Below, piece after piece: positions 49,319 through 63,072 of a stretch of DNA of 64,000 bases (position 1 is its first letter; every line of letters starts with the position of its first letter). The translations under genes were made by a program, and so were the position numbers. Source of the DNA: Phoronis australis. Its lineage: Eukaryota; Animalia; Phoronida. Under the pieces are notes generated by a model, which saw nothing but the letters and a program-made list of their open reading frames with translations, did no database searches and had not been told where the DNA came from. Location of the stretch: positions 340,534 to 404,533 of the forward strand of contig NMRA01000173.1 in the NCBI GenBank assembly GCA_002633005.1. Direction: 5' to 3'.

Positions 49319-49805
49319 CTCTGACCTTTCATAAAAGTGGTCCATGGTTTCTCTAGGGAAGCGTGAAAACCTGTCGATGAGGACTTAACCGTCAAGTCGT
49401 CAACAAGATATCATGGAGATTGCGCACCTGAGGTACAAAGATTCTACAATAATCTTGCGACCAGTTGGGTTTTCAATCTTTGTCAAGATACAAAATCATC
49501 TTCCTAAATCAACACCAAGGACAATGCATACTTTGACAGTCAGGTCCAGGATTGTTTGCTTTCCTCGTAAAGCAATATTAGTTTAGCAAATTTTTATAAA
49601 TATTTGAAGATATCCAGTTTGACGTAAAATGATGAAAAGATGAGAAGTGTGTTATTAAAACCTGGCAGACGAACTGCACTCCGATAGTGCTAGTATTCAA
49701 CACGACGTAGCGCTACTCTGATAATCTCGTGTCGGACTCCTTTTATCTCTGCCAGGTTACAAAAAGAATCTAACTGATCCGGCAACGCAAAGTATCAATA
49801 AATAC

Positions 49806-50177
49806 CTTTCTGGCGAGATGAAAATATAATATCAAATCCGTTGGAAGCCGCACTTGAATCCGTGACGTAATGAAATGTTATTGCAGGACCTGTTGTCACA
49901 TATTTCCATGGCATCTGTTCGTCACACAGTGGTGCCACATTCAATCGAGGGGACGACAACGACTCTCCATCATGCACATTTAGATAGTCTACACATATAT
50001 CACCGACCTTGACCTCGAGGTGGAATCTCAAGAAGTCTAATAAGATAGTCCTTCCACTGGGTACTTTAACCGTGAATGTGCAGTCTGTGTTATGCTTGCT
50101 GATGAGAGAGCGGGACGATTCCAAACGCCCAGTGAGAAGTGTTGTCATGGTCACGCCGCAGTTTTCGGTAAGATAAA
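49806..50177 (-). CDS. CUB-LDLa-TM gene, CUB domain exon
   Basis: CG...DCTFTVKVPSGRTILLDFLRFHLE...CVDYLNVHDG...LC...ITFHYVTDSS...GFDIIFS; phase 1-1 exon, cag/GTATT. Confidence 0.92.
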
Positions 50178-50273
50178 CTGCAAATAGACGATTCAGTTTT
50201 CATAATTAAGCTTATTATTGTAGATGTCAGTGAAACACTGATTACAAGGAAATGACTACAGAATCACCCTCAC

Positions 50274-50388
50274 TGTTCCCGTATGTTACTAAAGTCATGG
50301 ATTTACCAAGACAACATATATTACAAAAGAAAAAGGATACACGAGAAAAAATAAACAGGATGAAACGATATCTCAAAAAACCTAACAT
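50274..50388 (-). CDS. Candidate signal-peptide exon of the CUB-LDLa-TM gene
   Basis: MLGFLRYRFILFIFSRVSFFFCNICCLGKSMTLVTYGN ending at a phase-1 GTGAG donor compatible with the CUB exon; could be chance in T-rich DNA. Confidence 0.35.
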
Positions 50389-53192
50389 GTTTTACTTGAA
50401 AGAACGTTAAGAACAAATCCAACAAAATCCAGTTTCGTGACCCGAGCCTTATAGCAAAAAAGTTTTATCTCGTATCGTCACAAACAAAAGTAAATTATTT
50501 TCACGATTCAACACATTTGCGAATTAGACGAAGAAGCCATTGTATGAAAGGTCATCGTAGGATACTGACAGGGAAAGATCATTTTTCGTTTCTCTTAGTA
50601 TACAGAGGATGAAAGCCAGGTGGCTTGCCCTGTTACTTGATATGCAGATGTGTGGTAACATATTCTTTCAGGTGATTTATGATAAAAATATAATACCTGT
50701 TATATTGTTAGAGTAGAGAATCTAAGCTGTGCATATGTCAGTACATAATAAAATAACATTGAAATAGGAATACATATACGAAACAGTAACCCACTTTGAA
50801 AGATTTAATCAATGACATCGCTTTTGGGAGGACAGCGTCAGCAATAGATGTACCGTTAACGTGAAACTTTAATATGAGGATAATCCTCTTTTAATAATCA
50901 CGGAGACGGTAAACACGGCATTAAACACTCTGTTTACTAAGTAGACAAATCTTAGGATAACGTAACACTCCAAGGTCACGAAACAAGTGCATCAGCGAGA
51001 TGCAAACATATAAATGAGCGATGCTTAATAATGTTTTGTATGCACACTATTCAGTTAAATTTTTGGCACTTAGGGAGATTTATCCTATCTATAAAATTCT
51101 ATTCTTTTTATGAGAGCATCACATGAATTTGATTTCACAAGTTTTACATACCTTGTTACCTAGGGTTACAGTTTTAGGGTTGCCTTTTAACACTGACAGT
51201 CAAAATCACTGATGATCATAGAAAGGTAAAGAGGCTGATGAAAGGAACAACTGAATGTTGGTAACGTGAACGTGTAATGAATACACGTGTTGAAATTAAT
51301 TAACATCAAGTCGAGTAAAGTTGTGCGAAAAAACGGACCGCAAGAGAAAAAAGATCAACTCGAATCTAAATAAAAGCGAGGTGAAGTACCTGGAACAAAT
51401 GCGGTGCCGAAATGGGCGCAAAGAAGATCTGTAGTGTATTATAGATGGATTATACCATGTCGACAATACACATTGCAGCCACAAGTTTCGTGGGATCATC
51501 TATTATCATGTCTGATCCAAACTCTCACGAATGCCGTTGTATTGCCTTATTGTCAGTTTTTAACATGTGTTCACAAAAATATAAAGCTCAGGTGTTCGTT
51601 ACTTTAGAGAGATTGAATAAAAATCGATTATTTCAGAAGATAAATCTGGTGAAGTATTCTATTAAAGAAGGATTTATTAATTTGACAACCTCTAAAGTGT
51701 ACTCAGGTACAAACACAAAGTTCAAGAACGTGTGATTGTGAATATAAATTACAGTAGACCTTCATCTGTTTGCTAATTCACAAAAGCAATCAAGCCAGTG
51801 AAAGAAGGCATAACCGCTCAGATGAGTAAACGTATTCGCCGATGTTTGAGCAAGAAATGTACACCGTTCGGGGTTTTTTAAGTGTTGCCTTTAACCCGTT
51901 AAGAAAACATGCATTGCCAACTTGCATGACTATGATGCAATTGTATTAACTGTTTACCGTGGACTCTTCTAACACGCCCCTCTCTACGTTCTGCTTGTGT
52001 GAACATATTTCAAGATGTTTAATGAAGTACGTTCGATAATTACTCGCGTATTTGCTATTTTAACAATCCCTTGAACGGGGTGCAGTGAATTGGACTAGCC
52101 TTCAACCCAAAGACAAACATACACAGCATATTTAAGGTGAAGTTTCATCCAGTGAAATTTTTCAGAGATTCAACATACAAAATTTTAGTCTCTAATTTAC
52201 ATTCGATGTTTAGATTACCTTAAAATTGTCACTCAGTTGAAATGACGAAATCATAGTACTTCTGCAATCGCTCAAAGCAAGTAGACACACACAATTTACA
52301 TTAGAAGAGGTGAACTTGTGCTACAGAAAAACGGATGTTGCAAAACCGCTGATAAACAATCCAACGAAACAATCTTGTTAGTAGGACATGGGCAATTATG
52401 TGTCTTTAAAACTTTCAGTTATCTCACCTTCTCGTTATTTCTTACAAAATTTGAATGCCTTCCTACTTACAGCTCTGCTAAACAATTTTTGAGGCTTAAA
52501 ATTGTATATCTGTACAATTCTTGGTGTTCAAAACATATCATTTTCACTCTGACTACGTGTTCACGAATATGATAAAGATAATACATGATTATTATACAAC
52601 TATAATAATTCTATCACTGTCAGGTTATCTCATGACTTTAGAGTCATATTTACCACACACCCAGTTTCCTATGGTGGTTTTACATTTCCACCCGGCAGCA
52701 ATAACTTAAAAATTGACTTATTTGCTTTGCAGTGGAACCGGTTTTTGTAAACATATACACGAAACTAATACAGCTGTTCGGTATGCATATTGACAACTGA
52801 TAATTGCTTCATAACTGAAAAACAGTCTGATGGCTGAGAGTTGAATGTACTGGAATTACGCACCAGAGATTCCAATACAAATAAGAATAATTAATAAATA
52901 TAATAATGAATTGAAATTCATATTTCGTGATATATACAAGGCGGCAAGAAGTTTGTGCACTTCAGTTCACAGAAATTACAAACCCCTCTCTGTGCCATTT
53001 ACAGAAACATTGTCATTTTTTGGCGGAAAAGCGCATTTTTGGGAGTTATTGTTGGATGGAGTAACCTTTAAGAACTTATTTGGTTTGGGCAGAGGACTAT
53101 TTCTCGGTGGGTTCATTGTCTTTTGGATAAAAACCAGTTTACTGATGACGTAGCATGTTTCTCCTGATGACGTAGCATGTTTCACGACATCA

Positions 53193-53507
53193 GGGCCCAG
53201 TTGCATAAAAGTTAAAGGCTGCATAGCAACAACGACGTCGCATTAACATGCGTCACGTTGTTATTGTTGAACAATGCACCTGACGTCATGCAACAATCAA
53301 AATTATCTGCTGGATAAGTTTGAAGCTTTAAGCACACTGCTGTAGTGGTAAAATTAGAGGTAAGTAGGCGCCCAAAGCCCACCATATCATCTTGAACACT
53401 GAACGTAACTTACGGTGCGTAGGCGCTACGTTCAAATGCCAAAAGGTGGTTGGCTGCGCCTAAGTGCTCCTACGCGCCACTACAGCACTGTTTATGCAAC
53501 CCAGCCG
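53193..53507. mobile_element. Harbinger-like MITE
   Basis: GGCCCAGTTGCATAAA ... TTTATGCAACCCAGCC terminal IR. Confidence 0.5.
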
Positions 53508-56500
53508 TGGCCAATGCTGAAAGTCAGAAAGTTTGTACACAACTCAGACGCAATAGACATACACGCCCTTAGCCTGCATGGATTTCGAGAAAAAGGCCCC
53601 AGACCAATAAAACAACAAAATCCATTCTCCTTTTTGGGGATTTTATTACAAGTAACCGCCAATTCTCGCTGTTGTCTGCCAAACATTCAATAAATCAAGG
53701 CCCGAGATTTTACCAGTTAAAAACGTTAATAATATTCTACTGTTTATCGAGTGGGGTACAGTTCCGCCAGCACGTTTAACTACAGGTTTGAATCCGCGCT
53801 AAGGTTGATCTCAGGAAATCACTTTTCTTGCCGATAATTTCAGTTTAAAAGCCAACTCAATAAATTTATCAGTAACCACATACAAATTGAAATAAAAATC
53901 GTTTTTATATACATTTATTAAATCACCTTGTGGAGTTCAGATAACTCAGTCGAAAACTTTATTCAGATAATGTCACGGAAACAACTCCACGCAGATTTTT
54001 TCGATTAAAAAAGTAGAGAAAATATCAAATTAAATTTAATCNCAGGAACACAACAAGTGTATCCGCAGTAAGTTTTCTTCGCGCTCATACCGCGTATTAT
54101 GCTTGTTACTATGGCCGCTTTCAGAATCCTGACCACAGCACCCACAATGCACCATTTTAACCTAATTTCAATATGGCGTCGCTGCAAATCCGCAGACGTA
54201 GTCGTGCTATGTCAAGGTCGCTCAGAAGTACGTTAGGGGTTTGTGGAGAAGAGAATGTGTTAGGATTGCAAAATGCCGCACAACTTTATTGAACATGTCC
54301 AGCACTCAGTTGTAAGTTTGACAATGATAAGGATATCTATTACACGTAAACTATGTAATAATTTTAACAATAGTATTTACTTTTCTATAATTCAGTAAGA
54401 AAATACTTTTGATTTATCTTGAATAACAGACATATAGAACATGACCACCATTTAGTATACAGCATTCCAACTAGCACACACTACTGCAGATCCAACAATG
54501 CATACACCAAGTTAGTTTTCTAATCTCATAACACATCAATATTTCAATTTCAAATTCCATATTTAAACTACGTCACAGCCAGAAATTTGGAAAGTTTTCC
54601 ATAAGGCAACGCTACTTTGTACAAGAACCGGCATTGCCAACTCAGGCCATTATCGTGAATGACCGGACGGTCACCCAAGTTCCTTCAGCCCGGGTGAAGC
54701 AGAGTAATTAGGACTGAGGATTTCATATACTGTACTGCCGTTGTTTCTCAAATGAATCATGGGACAGGTTGGTGACATCACTACATGTGAGTAATTTCAT
54801 GAATAACTTTTAACTTCAGCGTACTTAGATGGCAGGTGTCTCGAGTTGTTAATTTATGATGCATTCAGAGGGTAACAATGAATCATTTATTTTTGTACAA
54901 CAGATCCAGGTTACACTGAAGCCATGCATTCACTTGTAGTGTGCTCGAACGACAAGTGTTGTTCTTTGTCACCTCGTTTACACATCATCATTTTCTGTGA
55001 CATAATCTGATCATTACCTGTTAACAACTGTCCTACAACACATTTGAAAAACTGAGTAGCGAGAAAGATGAAATGGCCTGAACTACCACAAGAGCAAAGA
55101 CTTTAACAACAACTCTTTGAAGCCTGGTAGATAATGTACTCAATAAGAGGAGCCCATTCAACACTTTTTTTTTCAGCCAATCCTTCAAAGAATTAGTCAA
55201 AATGACACCTGGAATACAACCATCTATGTCCAAAGCCCTTTGAGTGTCAGGACTTCCTGAGACAATGAAGTTCTTGAATCAGAACATTTTGGAAATATAT
55301 TAAGCTTCAATATATACATCAACAAATATAGTACACTCTTCCATTTATGTTAAAATGAAGTTAATTACATGGAGGACTTGACTAATGAAAATGTAAACTC
55401 ATAAAGCCATGTTCCCGCCATACAGCCATGTTCGGGCCAAGAAACAAATTTTTGTTTAGACCATTTGCCTCTATAAAATTGGTCTTAATTTGAGAAGTGA
55501 TATTTAGTTGCAAAGAATTGACAGTCATGAGTCTGTTTCTACTCTACAAGTTGAGATTATACTAGTCACAAAATGACACTTAAAGACAGGTCATGACAAG
55601 ACAACTTGTCAGTAGAGCCAAGTATCAAGCAATAACCAACTCAAGAACTGATATTACCTCCAATTTTTTGAGGATTGGAAAATGGTATAAATCAAAAGTT
55701 GGTGTTTATGACAGGAGGTGGGCTAACAGCCCCTTTATATACAAGGTAATGGATATGAATAAAACATAAGAACTGAAATTAAACGCAAAAAAATAAAATG
55801 TAAACTGACTTGAGCAAAGCAGAACTTTAAATAAGAAGAAATTTCTATTCTTAAGTGCAAGCTGTAAAGCCAACTTCAAATAAAACTCACAGACAAATTT
55901 TATGCAAATCCAACTACAAACATAACCAGTGAGTTATATCAGTCCTGTTTTGCAAGAAGCAAGCCTGAAACATCTTTAAGTGAACATAAATGGATAGTTC
56001 CAACAAAGGCAATTTGGCCATTCCCCCAGTTAGGCCACTCCCCCAGTTACCATTGCCAAGTACCACAAGTGCAAAGCAAACAAGGGAGGCCTGCCCTATA
56101 CGTAGTATAACCGATTCTTTCCCCATAGGTTCTGATGATATTTCACAGATACTACTACCTGCATTGAGCTACACAATCACATTAGGTTCTGTTGGAAAAA
56201 TCGAATGTTTCATTCAGTGGTATGTCCATAGTTTCAAATCTTTGAACCCATTCAAAAATTTCTAAACAATTCACAAAATTCACATGAGCTTTACTCAAAT
56301 CAAGCATGTTTCAAACAATTAAGTATAGGCACTGTGGCTGCTACTCAATGTTGGATTGTACTTTAAGTTTGATGGTGTGAGATTTTAAAATGGCGTTAAA
56401 TTTTGTTGGTGACCACTTGTGGTCTGGTGAATGAAAATAAGAATACACAAGTATTGTCAGCAACACAATGTGTCCCCAAGTCACATGGACTATCACTCAT

Positions 56501-57149
56501 ATATCTATTATATATATACATATACATATATATATATATTACATACATTGTCAGCTAGATCATATGTCCTTAAGTCCTGTCGCCCACATATGTATTACAT
56601 ATATTTGATTGTTAGCCTACTTCACACCAAACACCAGGAAAGAAAATACTTCAGACACTAGGAGTATATCTCCAGCTGATCTCGAGGTTCATCACAACTT
56701 TTATGTCTTGCAGGCTTATTTCTTTATTAATTCTCCATAAGCCAACCATGTGCACTGTAAGTACCTCAACTACTATCTTTCTGCTTTTTAGCAATGAATG
56801 TAAATGCATCAAGATGGAGGACAGTCGTACTGCTTACAGTTTCCCACGCCCTAATTGGATCAAATTTAATGTTTTGAGACCAAGTCAGGATTACCCAGCT
56901 TATGACTGAATAACTCAACACAAAGTCCAACAGTAGATGATACATGCCTGTCACAATGTCCAACAGTAGATGATACATGCCTGTCACATTCTGAAGTACA
57001 AGATGATGCTCAATATTGATATTTCTAGGAAGACAACAATGTATGAGACATTTTTTGATGCACACCACTAAAGAGGGTAATAACTAAATCAAACAAAACT
57101 ATCTAACAAACAATCAACTTGATGCAAGTGAGCTGAACACATTTAGAAA

Positions 57150-57871
57150 TCAAACAGAAGTAACACAATGATTACTTGACTTTAAAACGCCATTGTTATC
57201 TTTCTCCGTCTCATCAACAGCATTGTGGGTTACAACTCCATTCCCACACTCCTCGCTCATTCCATCGCCATTTCCCACATGTACATCATCAAAAGGTATT
57301 TGTTTTTCTCTTAACAGTTTCTTCACCTTGTATCGCTTGTAAAACACGTGGATTGCAATGGCGATTAGCAATGGTATCGGTGTAAAGCATGACGCAGCCA
57401 CCGGCGGTGCTATAGCAATATCGGCATCTGGCTGCGGTAGAGACACCTTCAGGAGTAAAATTGGAATGCCAGAGTTTTGTATACCCGTTTCGATGGCTAT
57501 AGTTTTGACACGTGTGAAGTCTTGGCGGCATATTAGAGCTATTAGTCCACCAAACAAAAAGCCACACCAAGGTAGAAGACATCCAGCCACAAGATTAAGA
57601 GGGTGGTTATGGAATATTGTGAATATGTAGAGATTGGCCCACACACCGAATGTAAATACAACAAGAAGTAGTATTAAAAACGTGGGCTTCATGCAACGGG
57701 TCAGTTTGGCTGCCCATGTGGGTTTCTTGTACTTGATGAGAAGACCGATGGCTACGGCAACAATGATGGACGCCAGGGAGTACATGGCGTTCTGGTAAGG
57801 AATGTTGAGCGTGAAAGTATCATCGACGAAAGCATGCTTGCCTAAAGTGAACAGCCATAGGGGTACCATAC
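57150..57871 (-). CDS. SLC10A: SLC10 sodium/bile-acid symporter family, last exon
   Basis: GMVPLWLFTLG...IPY...LLPWCGFLFG...TIAIETGIQN...LPQPDAD; cag acceptor, TGA stop. Confidence 0.93.
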
Positions 57872-58012
57872 CTGAAATAAATGCATAGTTTGAATACAAG
57901 TCACAACTGTGGTTTGTGCTGAGCCGATTGAAATGTTTGTTCTAGAAGTAAAACCTTAAAAATATCAGAAACATGGCCTCTGACATGAACAAGGTTGGAT
58001 TTCATTGTTCTA

Positions 58013-58892
58013 ATAGCAGAGTCACTAAATGACATGTTATATAGATAGATAGCAGAGTCACTAGGCCTACACGACATGTTATATAGGTATATAGCAGAGT
58101 CACTAGGCCTACATGACATGTTATATAGATAGATAGCAGTCACTAGGCCTACATGACATGTTATTTAGATAGATAGCAGAGTCACTAGGCCTACATGACA
58201 TGATATATAGATAGATAGCAGAGTAACTAGGCCTACACGACATGTTATATAGACAGATAGCAGAGACACTAGGCCTACACGACATGTTATATAGATAGAT
58301 AGCAGTCACTAGGCCTACATGAAGTGTTATACAGATATATAGCAGAGTAACTAGGCCTACATGACATGTTATATAGATAGATAGCAGAGTCACTAGGCCT
58401 ACATGACATGTTTTATAGACAGATAGCAGAGTCACTAGGCCTACACAACATGTTATATAGATAGATAGCAGAGTCACTCGGCCTACATGACACGTTATAT
58501 AGATAGATAGATAGCAGAGTCACTAGGCCTACATGACATGTTATATAGACAGATATCAGAGTCACTAGGCCTACATGACATGTTATATAGACAGATAGCA
58601 GAGTCACTAGGCCTACATGACATGTTATATAGATAGATAGCAGAGTCACTAGGCCTACATGGCATGTTTTATAGACAGATAGCAGAGTGACTGGGCCTAC
58701 ATGACATGTTATATAGACAGATAGCAGAGACACTAGGCCTACATGACATGTTATATAGATAGGTAGCAGAGTCACTAGGCCTACACGACATGTTATATAG
58801 ATAGATAGCAGAGTCACTAGGCCTACATGACATGTTATATAGATAGATAGATAGCAGAGACACTAGGCCTACATGACATGTTATTTAGATAG
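58013..58892. repeat. About 42-bp minisatellite, about 20 copies
   Basis: GCAGAGTCACTAGGCCTACATGACATGTTATATAGATAGATA. Confidence 0.97.
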
Positions 58893-59819
58893 ATGAAAAA
58901 AGCGGAAAGTCACGGATAGGTCACATGTCCTAATTATCCTGAAGTCATATGCTCCAAGGCAAATGTAACAAGCCAGTGAATTGAAAGTTACAATGTCAGC
59001 CATAAGTTGTGGTACAGTACTGTTATGTTTCAAACAAGCCACTCTAGTTAGTCTTCGCACATTGTTTATACCAGAAAATTGCTCAACAAACAAAATTGAC
59101 AACTGCTAGAAGTTAAAAATTTTAAATGCATTCACAGACTAATATTGAACTCTGGTGTTCCTTTTCAGTGTACAGGCAAAAAGGTTTGTTAGGTATTTGA
59201 ATGGCTTGACAGAAGATAACTATCAACAGTTATGCTCTAATTTATTCAACACTGCCACAACTGTCATATTCCAAAGGCTGACTACATTGCAACTAAGATT
59301 GCTACACAAGCTCAAGTCATAGGCAACAACTTCACAGCACAAAAATGAAGAGTATTTTTTCACGTTTTCTGTACTAGTGAAATCTCACAATATGAAATCT
59401 CACATTTCTGCCATATCATCTTCTTAATAGCAAGTTCAAGACACTTTACAATGACGCTATAAACAAGGGCAGAAGGATACGGAAACTTCAAATTTCTTCA
59501 TTAGAAAAACAGCATTGTCCCTAAATGAGTTCATGAAATCGTCAACCAAGAGCATTGTCATTAGTTCAAATGACAAAGTCAGCTAGTTTACAATTTTATA
59601 AGGTTAATCATTCCTTTTTATTTCAAAAATATAATGAACATGACGAGACCGGAAATGTCAGTTTTTGTCCACCAAACTGTTCACCTAACTGTCCACCAAA
59701 CTGTTCACCTAACAACATACAAGATGTGTACCAACTATATACCATCAGCTACAGCTGCCGTGATGCCACCTGCTGGGACATACAAATCTATTTACAGCTA
59801 TAGCTTAAAATGCCATACA

Positions 59820-60414
59820 CAGGGCGGCTCAAAAAATTTTAAAATATGAATATCAGGATATGATGGTTTTACTAGAAACTTGTGGCGTTATTGTTATTAC
59901 AGCAATCTTAAAATGTGTTTTGCAGTGTGTCGAAGTATATTAAGAAAAACTGCCACAGCAAAGAATAATATTTTTTGAGTTTTGACACCAAACACAAACG
60001 GTGGTTCAGCTCTAGCGTAGATCTCACTCCACTGAGGTTATTACCCAGCATCCCCACTTTAGGAATCAATATGGCCAACAAGAGAAATTTTATTTTCGCG
60101 TACACAGCACCAAATTTATGCCTTACAGTTCAGTACCATAAGCTACCATCAAACAATGTTTAGAAAAAACTATCAGCATTTGTAACCGGAAGCCCTTGAG
60201 AAAGGAGCGTAGGGCAGTTTTAGTGATTATATTTTAGAGATTATTTTAGTGATTATTGTAGTCTGAAATTGGTGAGATTTTACTATTCAGTCATTTTCGC
60301 TGTCTGAATTGCAAAAGAAACTTTGGGATTCTTAGAATATGAAAAACACCAGTAATTCCAAAGAATACCATTTTCTGGTATTTATTTAGTTTGCCAACAT
60401 TTTGGGGCACCCTG
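59820..60414. mobile_element. Possible Tc1/mariner-type MITE
   Basis: CAGGGCGGCTCAAAA ... TTTTGGGGCACCCTG|TA. Confidence 0.35.
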
Positions 60415-61079
60415 TATTATCCAATACTGTTTGACAACAGCTAACGACACTATTTCTAAAAGAACCTGTGAATGATTACAAATATGTTAACAAATATTAA
60501 GAAAGAAAAAAATTTCAGTTTAAACAAGCGATAGGATTGAGTTGTTTGGCATGACAACCCCAATAAGTCTAAAAACCTGGGGACAAATCTGAGACATACT
60601 GATATGTCAAACTTTTTTATTAGAATAGAATAAGATTCAAAGCAGGACTTCTCAAGTTGTTAGATGTAATGTTACTAATTTTGCAAAAACTACAACTTTG
60701 ACCCGGACTTCTGTCAAACTTTCACCTCATTTTAGTTCATTTTCACTTGGCTTGTTTCATGATTTAGAAATTATTATTAATTTACATATATCACTGCTTT
60801 AACCTAAATAACAACATAAACAGTACGCTATTTGTAAATATTCCATCATCCAATAAGAAAACATGCTCAGTGCACAAAAATGCATGTGCATATCTATGTC
60901 AGGTCTGATCAAACCATTCGATGTGTCAAATGCATAAACTTGAATGATCGTACCACAGAAATTTAACAGAGTTGAAATAAGACCCGAGATTCGTGCGTCA
61001 GATTTATGCAAGTTTTGCTCTATGATTCGTTCATAGATCACAGTGTGCTCATGCACATCTTTTCATAGCATAGTCTCAC

Positions 61080-61251
61080 CAAGCGACAGAATAGTGCTGA
61101 TTAGAGTCATCGTCACACTGAGGTCTACGTCTCCATCTAACAGAACAGTGTACATGTTACTAGCGCCACCTCCAGGAGCACAGCCCATGGCAAACAGACC
61201 CAGTCCAAGGGCACCATCCAATTGCAGGGCCTTCGCCACCCCAAAACCAAT
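61080..61251 (-). CDS. SLC10A: SLC10 family, penultimate exon (upstream exons outside window)
   Basis: IGFGVAKALQL...GCAPGGGASNMYTVLLDGDVDLSVTMTLISTILSL, the PGGxxSN and GDxxLSVTMT motifs; cag/GTGAG phase 1. Confidence 0.95.
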
Positions 61252-61355
61252 CTGGAAAAAAGAACAGCATGATTTAGTGCCTTGAAAATAATTCGGTAAG
61301 AAACTAACTTAAATATGACAGAATGAATGTTCATAACTGGTACTGTTACATCGCA

Positions 61356-61757
61356 TAGGGGACAGTAGTTAAATATCAGTGACCTGTTGTGTTTGCGGAC
61401 CTAGCTTTCGAGCCCATCCAGAGCCCTTCGTCGGGGGTAATGTCGAGAGTCTTCGTGTCACATGGTCATCAGTGGGTGGTCCTTGGTGGTTGTCTAACCC
61501 CACCTGGTGGCTGTTACTTACGAGGAGATGCTGGTAATTCATACCCATTGTCTGTTTATTGTTCATGATTTCAAATGTTTCTCTGCTTTTACGATTCCAA
61601 TATTTATTTTATCTAGATACTATTTTGACTGTAGGTTTACAAAATAATGTTGTGCACTGTCATTACCCTGCCGAAGGGTACAGGACAGGCTTGAAAGCAA
61701 GGTCCGCAAACAGAAACAGGCCGCCGATAGGGTCGATAGCTAACTACTCTTCCCCTA
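61356..61757. mobile_element. Inverted pair of Penelope-type terminal repeats with hammerhead-like cores
   Basis: Arms about 61356-61446 and 61657-61757 are reverse complements; consensus ACC-CTGACGA-AGGG...GCTCGAAAGCTAGGT. Confidence 0.55.
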
Positions 61758-62019
61758 GCTTAAATCTGTCATTCAAGAATTAAAAGGAAGACAAAGGTTA
61801 GTTAGATTATTTGAATGTGATCAACAAGAGAGTAAACAGTGCAACTATATGGTAATTACCAATCTTCGTGAAGTCCTTCACATTTCAACAAATATCTTTT
61901 TAATTATCTCTTAAAAAAGAATATATTTTCTGACTAAAAAATCAGAAATACCACAAAAAATGTGCAAAATTTCATGCAAATCTACAGTGCAGGAATGAGA
62001 AATTCATCTTTATAACAGC

Positions 62020-63072
62020 TAAAACTATACCGCTAGGGGGCACAGTGTTTGTAGGATCCGCCTGAAAGTCGTCGTTTTCAACTTCATATAAATACACTTG
62101 CTAAATTCAATAAAGATCCTGCACAGGCTTTAGGCGATACAGCCATAGGCATAAAAAAACTGCCACTAGGAGGTGCCACAGTAGTCAAGATCATTGGAAT
62201 ATTGTCGTAAGCCCTCCTCTGCACATTAGGAATATACACAGCAATTTCCACAATCATCCTTAAAGTGGTTTGGTTGAGTGAGGGGCAGACACCAAAAACA
62301 GACTCGAAAACAGTATGAATGGCCACTAGGTGGCGAAAAATATCTCAACTCAATCCGAAAAATGAAGGATAGCATCACCTCATTAATAGATGCCTATTTG
62401 CCAAATTTTATGAAAATGTTGAGAACCTTTAAAGATACAGAGGTAAATGTTAAAAACTAAAATTGCCACTTGAGGGCACACCAGTAGTCGGATCCGTCCG
62501 AAAGTCGTCAACGTCTGTTATCAACTTCATATAAATACACTGCAAAATTTAATAAAGATCCTGTAGAGCATTTAGGTGATACAGTCAAGGGCGCAAAAAC
62601 AAACAAAACTGCCACCAGGAGACGCAACAGTATTCAAAGACGTCAGAAAATCATCGTCAGCCGCCCTCTTCACATTAGGAACATACATGCCAATTTTCAC
62701 AATCATCTCCAGAGTGGTTTGGTTGACAGAGGGGCGGACTCGAAAACAGTAAAGATGGCCACTAGGTAACACAAAGTACCTCAAATCCATCCGAAAATGG
62801 GAGGATAGTGTTACCTCACCGATAGATGTCTAACTTCCACATATTATAAAAATCTGTTGAGGACCTCCAAAGATAGAGGTGAACGTAAACATTAAAATTG
62901 CTACTAGGGGGCACACTGGCAGTCAGAGAGGTCCGTCATCTGTCGTAAGCTTCATAAGAACAAATCTGTCAAATCTCACCAAGATTCTGTGAGATAAAGC
63001 TGCGGATGGCGGACACCCAGACTGAGATGACGGCAATATGCACCCAAATATAAATATGTGGGCGCATAAAAA
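62020..63072 (-). mobile_element. HINE copy E in SLC10 intron
   Basis: Seven core monomers and terminus ATATGCACCCAAATATAAATATGTGGGCGCATAAAAA. Confidence 0.75.

Noticed and set aside
54090-54190. First coding exon of the CUB-LDLa gene (MVHCGCCGQ... or the hydrophobic WCIVGAVV frame)
   Set aside because: The ATG frame ends in phase 2, incompatible with the CUB exon, and the phase-1 frame has no ATG; may be non-coding 5' sequence
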